From assembly GCA_000002445.1 (NCBI GenBank), contig CP000069.1, positions 896,001 through 960,000 of the forward strand: DNA of 64,000 bases, read 5' to 3'. The position numbers were made by a program, and so were the translations under genes. This document shows, one piece after another, positions 8,935-19,200 of the stretch (position 1 is its first letter; each line of letters starts with the position of its first letter). This DNA comes from Trypanosoma brucei (taxonomy: Eukaryota). The notes under the pieces were generated by a model. That model saw only the letters and a list, made by a program, of their open reading frames with translations, was not told the DNA's origin and did not search any database.

Positions 8935-10566
8935 ATGCCAGCAGGTGTTCCGGAGAATACCTCGTTAGAAAATATACCGACCATTGTTTCAAAATGTCGC
9001 GAGGCGTTCAACAATGACGCTAACAGGGATTTGAAGAAGCGGAAGCAGGTGTTAAGGTCTTTACTCAACCTTGTTGAAGAAAACACTGATGAATTTTGCA
9101 AAGCAATACACCGAGACCGCCGTCGCCACCGCGACGAAACGGTAGTAATGGAGATATTACCGTTACGTAACGAGGTGTGGCATTTAATTGAGCACATGGA
9201 CGAGTACGTTAAACCAGTTAAACCAACTATGGAGGGCGCTGCTGCTTTGGATGACTGCGAATTGCAGTACGAACCACTGGGCGTTGTGCTCGTTATCGGC
9301 ACTTGGAACTACCCGTTGTTGTTGATTCTCCAGCCTCTTTTGGGGGCTCTGGCCGCCGGTAATACAGCTGTTATTAAGCCGAGTGAACTTGCCCCCGCTA
9401 CAGCGGAGTTGTTAACAAAACTTTTGCCCAAGTACGTTTCTTCGGATGTTGTCGGTATTGTAAATGGCGGGGTAAGCGAAACAACAGCTGTGCTGAAGGA
9501 ACGTTTTGATCATATTTTGTACACGGGCAGTGCACGTGTAGCAGAGATTGTTATGGCGGCTGCAGCAAAACATCTTACGCCAGTTACACTTGAGTTGGGA
9601 GGAAAATCACCTGTTGTCGTTGACGATAGCTGTGCGGACAATATGAAGGTGGTAGCGGAGCGCATAATGTGGGGTAAAATTATCAACGCAGGTCAAACAT
9701 GTATAGCGCCTGATTACGTTGTCGTCGAAAAGTCTATGGAATCCGTGCTTGTTGATGCACTTGCTGAAGCTCGAAAGGCGATGTTGGGTGACAAGTTTCT
9801 TAAAGTACTTAAGGGAGAACTTCTGGTGAAGCAGAAACAACAGTTTTTGGAAGAAAGCGATTATCCGCGTATTGTCAATGCCAGTCATTTTCATCGTCTC
9901 ATGGAATTTATGAAGGGCGGAAAAGTAGCAGTGGGTGGAGAGGCAGACGAGGCAACTCTCACTATTGCTCCTACTATTCTCACAGACATTGACCCCACAC
10001 ACCCAGTGATGCAGGAGGAAATATTTGGACCTATTTTACCCGTATTAACGTATGAAAATGAAAAAGACATCCTTAAAATAATAAACAGCCGGGAGAAACC
10101 ACTGGCACTTTATGTCTTTTCCAACAATAAACGATTTATTAGAGGTGTTGAGTCGCGCACATCCTCGGGTGCCGTTGTGGTGAATGATGTTGTTGTGCAT
10201 GCGGGAGCAGATGGGTTACCATTTGGTGGCGTAGGACGCAGTGGCATGGGAGCCTATCATGGCCGCTACAGCTTCGAAACCTTTTCTCATCGGCGACCTG
10301 TTATGCGACGCGGGTTCTTTTTTTCATCTATCGACACCGTCCGGTTTCCCCCTTATACTACTGCAAAGTCTCGTGTTCTTAACAGTTTGCTGAAGCCATC
10401 GGCGGAAGTTGCTGGGGCTGTTGGGCGATCAGTTTGGGGTGTGGCAGCGCTGGCCAGAGTTGTTGAAGTTGGCTACCACTATATGCGTTTTTTAATGGCA
10501 GGTGAAACCACGCCTGCACCATCGTCATCAGAGCCTTTTTCTAAAGGTCCGAGGAGCAATGAATGA
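8935..10566 (+). CDS. aldehyde dehydrogenase, ALDH3/fatty-aldehyde dehydrogenase type, with a C-terminal hydrophobic tail
   Basis: ALDH motifs ELGGKSP, catalytic Cys region GQTCIAPDY, EEIFGPILPV. The ATG at 8935 follows a T13 tract. The track start at 8875 is a TTG translating that T-run. Confidence 0.8.
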   Translation: MPAGVPENTSLENIPTIVSKCREAFNNDANRDLKKRKQVLRSLLNLVEENTDEFCKAIHRDRRRHRDETVVMEILPLRNEVWHLIEHMDEYVKPVKPTMEGAAALDDCELQYEPLGVVLVIGTWNYPLLLILQPLLGALAAGNTAVIKPSELAPATAELLTKLLPKYVSSDVVGIVNGGVSETTAVLKERFDHILYTGSARVAEIVMAAAAKHLTPVTLELGGKSPVVVDDSCADNMKVVAERIMWGKIINAGQTCIAPDYVVVEKSMESVLVDALAEARKAMLGDKFLKVLKGELLVKQKQQFLEESDYPRIVNASHFHRLMEFMKGGKVAVGGEADEATLTIAPTILTDIDPTHPVMQEEIFGPILPVLTYENEKDILKIINSREKPLALYVFSNNKRFIRGVESRTSSGAVVVNDVVVHAGADGLPFGGVGRSGMGAYHGRYSFETFSHRRPVMRRGFFFSSIDTVRFPPYTTAKSRVLNSLLKPSAEVAGAVGRSVWGVAALARVVEVGYHYMRFLMAGETTPAPSSSEPFSKGPRSNE

Positions 10567-10612
10567 GGTTGGAGGAGTGTCAGCTTAATAATAATTTACA
10601 TGAGAGACGAAA

Positions 10613-10614
<2 letters not shown>

Positions 10615-10646
<32 letters not shown>
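10615..10646. repeat. (AT)16 microsatellite immediately downstream of the ALDH stop
   Basis: atatatatatatatatatatatatatatatat read directly. Confidence 0.9.
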
Positions 10647-10648
<2 letters not shown>

Positions 10649-11030
10649 CGAAATAACTCTTTGTCACCATAATTAGCGCGACGACGTTCTTTCATTTTTT
10701 AGTCAATGCATCCGACTGTTCTGATACAGTTTACTTTAATCAATATATATCTTTTTTCGCTTTTTTCACAAATGTGTGTGTGCGCCTTAGAGAATTACCC
10801 ATCCGCTAAGCAAAATTAACTGTGAGTATATGCCACCGTGTCAGACGAGGTTGAAACAAACCAACGATGTGATTCATTTGATCTTTCTTCACTGTGCCTG
10901 TCCTTTTTCTTGTTTAAAAAAAACTGATAAAATTCCTCTTGCCTATGTATGTTTCGCCCTTTCACTAAAAAAAGAAGAAAAACTTCAAAGAATATATTCG
11001 TAACGGCGTGGATTACTTTGTTTGAAATAG

Positions 11031-11741
11031 ATGAAAGGCTTGGAAGAGTGGCTTGCATCGTCCACATCATCATCTTCCACAACTGACACGACGAGTAGGG
11101 ATGTACCAGAAAGTGATAAGGTGCACAAGAAAACAGTGCAAACTAGTGTGAAGGATCGTCAGGACGAGTTGCGATCCCGTATGCGCAATCTTCTTGGGGA
11201 AAGCGCTGTGAGCAGCCTTGTCATTGAGGAACCGACGAAAGTGGCGATGACGACAAGTCCCACTGCTGTATTGAACTCGTCTATGAGCACCGACACCGAC
11301 AGTACAGCGGTTTCTCCCGCCCGTGTGAAAGGCGTTTCCCCCCAAACCAAAGCCAATGGCAACAGTAATGGCGATGGCAGCACAGCCATCAGAGGTCAGT
11401 CAAATGATAAGCAACTCGAGGCACCCACTGAGGTACAGTACCGGGCTGTAGAAGTGATGGTGGTTGATCGAGGTACACAAACAACCACGACGGTGGGTTG
11501 TCAAACAGATCCTGAGCCTTCACAATCTCCTGTGGGAGGCGCCATGCCGTTTCATCGCGGTTTTTGCCCTCGTTGCACTTGTTGTTGTCGTGGTGTCGTT
11601 CGGGATTACCCGTGGCGAAACGCGCGTGAGGAGGAAGATCGTTCCTCACGATTTCAAGAAGAACTGGAAACTATACAAAAATCCATAGATATGATGATTG
11701 CACGATATAATTTACCACCACCACCGATGCCGCGGTATTGA
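11031..11741 (+). CDS. hypothetical Ser/Thr-rich protein with a C-terminal Cys cluster (CPRCTCCCRG)
   Basis: ATG-initiated 236-codon ORF on the coding strand of the array. No recognisable domain. Confidence 0.45.
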   Translation: MKGLEEWLASSTSSSSTTDTTSRDVPESDKVHKKTVQTSVKDRQDELRSRMRNLLGESAVSSLVIEEPTKVAMTTSPTAVLNSSMSTDTDSTAVSPARVKGVSPQTKANGNSNGDGSTAIRGQSNDKQLEAPTEVQYRAVEVMVVDRGTQTTTTVGCQTDPEPSQSPVGGAMPFHRGFCPRCTCCCRGVVRDYPWRNAREEEDRSSRFQEELETIQKSIDMMIARYNLPPPPMPRY

Positions 11742-12127
11742 TGCACTGCAAGGAGTTGGTATTCTTCCAGTTTTTGTCACTTCAGTTATTACACCTAATT
11801 TTACTTCTCAGTAAGGTGTCCATTTTCTTTTAGATTTGAGTATTCATATATGTGGTGATTTGCTTTTGTAGGCGAGTTTCTTTCCGTTGGCCCACTTTCC
11901 ATTCGTATTTCGGTTTACTGATGCTAATTTCTTCCCTCCTTTTTGTTCGTATATTTTCTTTGCTGTATCTTGACTGTTGTTACAGAGTTCATTTTTCTTT
12001 TTTTTCCATGTTCACTTATATTTCTGCATGTGCGTCGGTATATTTGCATAATTTTGTTATTTAGGTTTTTTTTTAGTACAAACTTGTAGTATAATTTGTC
12101 CCCGTGTCGGTTTCTTTGTTCATTGCC

Positions 12128-13141
12128 ATGGACTCCATGGAAGAGTTTTATAACAACCCCTTCAAGAATAACAGTGAGGTTGACGACATTTGCTTTGCCC
12201 CTTTCTTCTCACAAATGTCGGAGTCCATTACTGAACCGACGCCAGTGCAGACATGTGTGACAACACCTTGCGCTGACGCACAAGCAAGGGCGCCCTCGTG
12301 TCAAGAAGCCTCAGAAACTGAGAGTTACAGCCAAACCTCCACGCAGAGGCTTCAGCATAAACTAAATGAAACCATGCGTGCAAGCACGGCCGCGTGTGAT
12401 ATGTACACGAACCACATTGAAACACAGCGGCAGGAGATTGACCGGTTGGATGAGGAGAATAATGAGCTGCAAATGAAGGTGGCATGGCTCGAATCACAAA
12501 TGCGTGCCATTGGTCTCGAAAAAGACTGTGCTGCCATGGCGTACAAGCGGGAAGTGGAGAAGAACGCGGCATTAGAGGCTAAAATCACATCACTGAAGAG
12601 GGAGTTGAGCTCCATGGAAGAGCGCGCCCGTCAACTGGCAGCAACATATAGCAGAGGTGTGCCACAATCAACATATGACGTGGCACCTTACCAAAACGCA
12701 CCACCTCATGAGCACCAACCAAATAAACAACAGCACACACAACAGCAACTGCAGCAACAGCAATTGCATTCAGGCCATCATCAGGAAACACCGCGTATGC
12801 AGACACAAAGGCCACCGAGTCAACCGCGTCAGCCGCCGTCTTTAAGTCCATCTTCTCGAGGTGTTGTTGAGGATGTGAGGGGTGGCATTGGCGCTTATCC
12901 CGGGCAGCGGAAAAACGAACAACTGGTGATTGCTGTTAAAGATTTAGAGAGCAACCTGCAGCGCGCTTGCCAGCGAAAGGATGAGTTGGAAAATCATTTG
13001 AGACGAGTGGAGACAACACGCATCCGCTCAGGAGCTGAAAGGGCAAAGAAAATTGCGTTGGAGAGGGAACTTGCGGATGTGCAGAAGCAAGTGAGTGATA
13101 TCCGAATGAAACTGCGCTCCTTGTCAGCACTTGAGCGTTAA
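12128..13141 (+). CDS. coiled-coil protein with a Gln/His-rich low-complexity segment
   Basis: Heptad-rich segments (IETQRQEIDRLDEENNELQMKVAWLESQMRAIGLEKD; ELENHLRRVETTRIRSGAERAKKIALERELADVQKQVSDIRMKL). Q-rich run QQHTQQQLQQQQLH. The track start at 12104 is GTG; the first ATG is at 12128. Confidence 0.5.
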   Translation: MDSMEEFYNNPFKNNSEVDDICFAPFFSQMSESITEPTPVQTCVTTPCADAQARAPSCQEASETESYSQTSTQRLQHKLNETMRASTAACDMYTNHIETQRQEIDRLDEENNELQMKVAWLESQMRAIGLEKDCAAMAYKREVEKNAALEAKITSLKRELSSMEERARQLAATYSRGVPQSTYDVAPYQNAPPHEHQPNKQQHTQQQLQQQQLHSGHHQETPRMQTQRPPSQPRQPPSLSPSSRGVVEDVRGGIGAYPGQRKNEQLVIAVKDLESNLQRACQRKDELENHLRRVETTRIRSGAERAKKIALERELADVQKQVSDIRMKLRSLSALER

Positions 13142-14534
13142 CCTCAATCACATAAACTGTCCCACTTATAATAGAGGGGTAAAGGGCTGGAAAAAAAAAA
13201 AGAGTATTGTATGTGTTGTGTTCCTCACCGCTTATAGTTTTGGATTTGGGGTTGGAATGTACCGTTATATGGCACGGTACAATACCTAAAGCTCCCTCTA
13301 TGTGCTTTTAATTTTCCTTTTCCCCCCTTTCAAATCTTTTTTTGTGGTTATGTGGTCTCTAAGTTTTATGGAGACGGTGTCTCAATTGCGTCTGTAGAAA
13401 AATAGACGTCGCAAAAACAAAGGGTCCGTAATTGTCAAGGGATTTTTTAGGTGTTGTTGTTGAAGAAGTAAAGGAGCGAGTTTGTTCCAACTGTTTTTCT
13501 TTTGTTTTTCGTTTTCCACCTGATATACTTTCTATCGAGGTGTATGATGTTACTTGCGTTTTCGAAGTGGTGTGACCGAATCGAACATAAACCAAAACAA
13601 GGAGGATGAATAGAAAGAACAAATTATATATATGACTTTCGTGTAAGTAAAACAAACGGCACTTCTCTCTCTCTCTTTTTTTTTTTTTGGATCAGCCAAT
13701 AATAGAGTAACTTTCTTGTTGTTATTCTTGGTATGTCACTATTGTGCGTTTATGAGATGATTACAGCCACCATTTTCTTTCAACAAGTCCGTTTGAATGT
13801 ACATCTGGTGGTGCCGCAACTCTCCTTCCTTCTCATTCATTTTCCTTCTTTTTTTTCTTTCAATCGACTGATTTTTTTTTTGTGTGTGTGAGATGGCGTT
13901 GTGTGAACTTTTCATATGTAATATTTCCCTAGTGTGTTTTCTTTTTTCTTTAGTTTATTTTGTTTCTTCCTTTTCCGCACATTTTATACGATTTTCCGGT
14001 TCACTGCTGCAAGTTCGTTCATACGGACGCGAGCAAAAAAAGGGGGAGAAGGGACAGAGAAAAGGGGGAAAGTAGTAAAGAGTTTTTGCAGCATTTGTTT
14101 TGAAGTGGTCAATTACGTTACTCGAATATCACACTTAAATAGTATGAGAAAGGTGAGTTCTAACTTTCCACCTATTATTTGTTTTACTCTTCCCCGGTTC
14201 TGATTTGTTTTTGTTTGGTACTTCATATTTGAAGTCGCTCTGACTTTAAACATTCTTCAATTAGCCCCTTTCTCTCTTTCCTCTTTCTTTTTGTGACCTT
14301 GCTCTGCAAAAAAAAAAAAACGTTCACTCCTTCTTTGATTTTGCTCCTGAATACTTTCCGTTACCGTGATATCCCATAACTTTTTCCTTTTCTGTTTATA
14401 CTTTATGATTCACCTTTGTTTTTGTTGTTATTTTAAAGGCAAAGCCGCTTAAATATTCAGAAAGAGTATGAAAAAGTGGTGGAAAATAAACACAGCATCG
14501 CTTTAGTCCTTTTTTTTTTTTACTTGCATGTAAT

Positions 14535-15086
14535 ATGCCCGTTACTTCTTTCAATAACCGTCATTCTATAGTTGATGAAGCCACTGCTGCCTTCATGCTT
14601 TGCGCAACTGAAGTAAAGCGCATGTGGGGGGAACAGTCTTTTATTGCCAAACTTTGTGCAATATTGATGAAACATTGGAGGACACGACGCTGCATGTTAT
14701 TTTTAGTTGCATGGATCGCTTTCATGGGATGTTGTTACGGTTTGCGTAGCCGCTTGAAACGTTTGTTGCTCTTTTCTACAGATCAGGCGGATGAAGAAAA
14801 GGATTTTCCCGAGGAGGGCACCATCTCTGAGGGTAGTTGTAGCGTTTGCGAGAATCAATGCATTGAGGTGGGTGAAAATAGTTTCAGTGACGTGCTTTAC
14901 GGCAGCGAATGGCCCAGATTTGAAGGGGCAATCCCAAATGAAAAAGTTAAATCCCTCCTTGGTGATGACTTCGATCCGACAGATCAATTTGACGCGACGT
15001 TTAACCATTTTTTGGCTTCTCAATCTGGAAGGTGCGATGGTGATGATACTGAGGAATGTGGTTCTAAAAGGGAAAGTGGAGAGTGA
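14535..15086 (+). CDS. hypothetical small protein (183 aa) with one predicted TM helix and an acidic C-terminus
   Basis: ATG ORF. Hydrophobic segment CMLFLVAWIAFMGCCYGL. Co-directional with the array. No recognisable domain. Confidence 0.4.
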   Translation: MPVTSFNNRHSIVDEATAAFMLCATEVKRMWGEQSFIAKLCAILMKHWRTRRCMLFLVAWIAFMGCCYGLRSRLKRLLLFSTDQADEEKDFPEEGTISEGSCSVCENQCIEVGENSFSDVLYGSEWPRFEGAIPNEKVKSLLGDDFDPTDQFDATFNHFLASQSGRCDGDDTEECGSKRESGE

Positions 15087-16278
15087 CTGAAATTTTATTT
15101 GTGTGAATACAAGTGCATTACACTTACATGTATGAACGTGTGCAGAGTATATAATGAAGGAGAAGTGGTTTTCATATCACCTGGTGATAATCAATTACTT
15201 GAGTGTTTATATAATGCCTTGGTTTATGGGTGTGATTTTGTGCCCATTGATGCCACTAGGAAAGGACAAGCAATCAAAAACAAAAAGATATTGTCTTCAC
15301 CAGTCAGCTGAAGTCGCCCTCTTATTACGTTCTTGGTTATTCTCTTTTTTTTTTTGTCAAGAATATCTCGAGTTTTTATCATTCCAACCTGACGCCTGCA
15401 AAATAGCGCCATGATTTAGTCGGCATTTTAAAAAATTCTCGGACAAAAATAACAAAATAAAAAAGATTCCTTTACACTTAGTTATGCAGTTTCTGTATCT
15501 TTATTGTACTGAATCGATCGTTAATATGAGTTTTGTAAGTTATTCATTTTTTTTTTATCTCTTCACCTTGCTCTTCTTCATGCTTTTTACACATGTGATT
15601 ACTCACAAAGGCGTCTAAAGCCGCTTAAACATTAACGAGTTTTAGGTGGTGTGAATAGTGTTGCTTACAGCTGTGTAAATATTTATAGGGGAAAATATTT
15701 GTTACTTCCATCTGTATTCACGTACACACACGCAGGTCCAAACGTACAATTATCCGCATTCAGCTAATTTCCTCTTGCTCTCTACCAAGTCGTACGTTTA
15801 TTAACTTCTACACCACTTTTCAGGTGAACGTCAGGGAGGGAAGGTAATAACAGAAAGGAGGGAAGAAAAGAAAGATTATTTAAACAGAAGTAGAGTGGTG
15901 AAGTTATTGAAGAAATTGAGGAACATAAGAGGTAACGCAGAAAAGGAAAAAAAAAGGGATCGAAGCGAAGAAACAAAAGTAAGGAGAGACAAATTAAGAA
16001 AAGAAAGAGGCCAAAATAGCGCAACGACATACAAGGGAGAAGTAAAAGCCGAACAAAAGTATCTTCTTCTCTCCTACAAAGGGTGGCTAAAGCAATTTAA
16101 AAAAAACAAGAAGGGTAATTTGCGTTCTGAACGAAATAGGAACAAGAAAGCTTGCGAGGTACAGAAAGCAAAAGGAAGGTGGAAATTGAAGGCGAGACAC
16201 GGACAAAGACAAGGGTAGGTGGGGAACGGAAGGTGTGTGGAAGTTCAGTACCTAATTACAGTGGGAAAAGTCCCGACC

Positions 16279-19200
16279 ATGACAAATAATGAAGGCTCAA
16301 TCTCGCCGAGTCATTCATTACCCAACTTTCTAATGTTGGATGCTGTGGAAGAGGATTTCACAAATCTTCCACTCGATTCGCTGCTCCTGCATAAGAACTG
16401 GAAGGGTCGTAAGGCGGGATTCGAACAAGTTCGGGACCAACCTAAAGAGTTGAGGATACACTTATTAAATAAACCCAAGAAAATATATGCGGAACAAAAT
16501 ATCGCAGCTCAAGAGGCTTTGTTCGAGGCGTTAGCGGCTCTTGTCCCATTCTGTGACAATGATGAATTGGATGTTCTTGCTGGTGAGCCACTCCGTGTCG
16601 TAGTGGAGAAGGGTTTGACGGGCCGTAGTAAGGCGGCACAGGCTAGTTTCGCTTTCGCTCTTGATCTTGTCGGTGCTGGTAAGCAGACTCATGTGTTTAA
16701 CGTTCTTCTCCCGGCGGTAGCACACAAAACACCGAAGAATCGTATTGCCGCGACTCAGCTCTGCGGACATATTGTTGATTTGTTCGGAGTTCACGGGCTC
16801 CCCGCAAAAGCTTTGTTGAAAGCAATGCAGCCCCTCTTCAACGACCCTAACCCTCAAGTCCGTAAAGAAGCCGCCAACTTGTGCTGCCACTGCTACAGCT
16901 ACATCGGCGCAGGCGTTAAGAGCTGTCTTACTGACCTTCGCGAGGTTCAACTACAGGAACTAGAGAAACAGTTTGAGAATATAGTGCTGGGAAGAGTCCC
17001 ACGAAGGAACATTAAAGGTATTGAGACATCCACACCAATAAAATCTGTTGCCCCCATAGTGGGTATCGCTAGTCGTACCGATCGGTCTAATGATTTGGAT
17101 GATGATGCATATGCAGCATGCAGTGAGGAACCGGTGGTTTCGAAAATACCTCGCACCTTCTACCTTACCGCATTAGATAGATCGGCGAGGTGGCAAGATC
17201 GTGTAGCTGCTGTGCAAGAAACAGTCCTTCCACTGATTAGTGTTCCAAAAATACGACAAAAAGACGACTACCATGAATTGTGTACAATGATACGAGAATA
17301 TTTAGTAGACCCGCAGGCACCGCTGATGTTGGTAGGTTTCAAATGCATTCAGGAAATGGCTCGATCCCTTAGGAATGCCTTTGCGCCGTATGCGCGTACG
17401 TATCTGAATCCTCTTTTTGAGAAAATGAAAGACAAAAAAACTAGTGTCGTTGAGCACGTTACGACAACACTTGAATCGCTCATTCGATACCATTGTATTA
17501 CATTAGACCAATGCCATGATGAAATTGACGTCACTCTACAGAGTCGTGTACCTAATCAGCGGTTAGCCTTAATTCAGTGGCTCTCTCGCTTGACCGACAA
17601 ACTAGAACCCACTTGCTTCAATCGAATCTGTCGCGCGCAACCCATGTTAAGCCGTGTTCTGAACGATGAAAAGATTGAGAATCGGGAGGCGGCCTACATT
17701 TTTGTGGCAAAGTTAATGGCTCTCAATGGTGAGGAGCACTTCCAGGCGCTACTCGTTTCACTAGACGAAAAGCAACGGGCAAAACTTGTGGCAATTATTA
17801 ACAGTGCAGCGAATATGCAATGTACCCCCTCTAGTTCGCCGGCGAGAAAGGCGCCACGGCTGGAGCAGCGGTGCGAATCCATCGGCCAAAGACCTCACAG
17901 TTCCTCTGTGGCATCCTCTTGCTCGAGGTCATCGGTGTGTGGCGCGCGCGGTGGGCGTTTGGGTCGAGCGCTTAGTCACAACAAGTCCCTTCCCGAACAG
18001 CCTCGTGTCTCCGGTATGGAGGACGCGGTAACGTTAGAGTCGATGCTTCCTTCAAAGGATGAGGCATTTAATCTCATTTTAGGTCTATTGGGCGGTGATA
18101 TGACAGTTTCGGTGCTTCTTACAGCCAAGGAGTGGTCGAGTCGGCACTGTGGTGTTCTAAAGGTGAAAAATATGGTAGTTGGCTGGTCGGAAAAGGAATC
18201 CACAGATTATCTCGACCATGTAGTTGTCTATCTTCGTGTAGACCCTGGGTGGAGAGAATCCATCTTCCAGGTATTTAATGCCATGGCTAGTGTATTGCAG
18301 GAAGTCGTTAACAAGGCGTCGAAGGTAAGCCCTGGAGCTGGTCATGCCATAATATCAGGGTGCTTAGGTAGACTAACAGATCAAAAGAGCAAGTCAGTTG
18401 TATGCGATCTAATTACATCCCTCACAAAAAGTTTAGGCGCGGCATTTGTTTTGCGGCACGTGGTTGGGACGCTCGTGCAGATAAAAACGCCAAAGTTATT
18501 GCACGAGTCCAATGTGTTTATGACACAGTTGTTGCGTTCCACAACGGTGAGTCCTTCAGACGCGAAATGCGTTGTTGATTACGTTAATAATCACTGCGCT
18601 GAACATTTGTTTCCTACCGTCAGAACGACCGGTGCAACACTGTTGGCGATTATCACTGCCGGTTCAGTAGCTTCAAACGAAGATACTCTGGAACAATCAG
18701 CGAATACATTGGGGCAAAGCGAAAACACTTCTCTTAATGGTACAGTAGCCAACGCTTCTCGTACTGGCCCACGCCGCGAGGCCTCACAAGCGTCTACGGT
18801 GACATCATACCAGCCTGTGCGGGAACGTGACGAGAATGAGAGGTTGAGAACGAATTCCGTGACCACTAATGCAACAGAAGTGAAACCAACTTCACACCCG
18901 AGGCATGCTCATGTAGAGGCAAGTCGGTTGAACTCGTGTGACAAGCACAAAAAAATGTCCGCAGCCGTTGATGACGAGGAGAACCATGAAGCAGTTGACA
19001 TCGGGCCGCAGCTTACTCTGCTCGCAAAGCAAATCACGGGTGCCCCCGACTGGAGAACCCGCTTGGAAGGGGTGAAAAAAGTTGAGGAACTTGTTTTCGC
19101 GAGCAACAAACGCATATGCCCAAATGGTGTGACGGAGATTATTGGTGCACTTCGTAGTCGATTTGATGAGACGAATAAAAACATTGTAGTTGATGCACTG

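Noticed and set aside
15895-16218. 107-aa ORF (MVKLLKKLRNIRGNAEKEKKRDR...) upstream of XMAP215
   Set aside because: It is a translation of the ~85% A/G purine-rich leader (Lys/Arg/Glu codons). It has no pyrimidine tract of its own and abuts the XMAP215 ORF. It is treated as 5'UTR or spacer, though uORF translation cannot be excluded.
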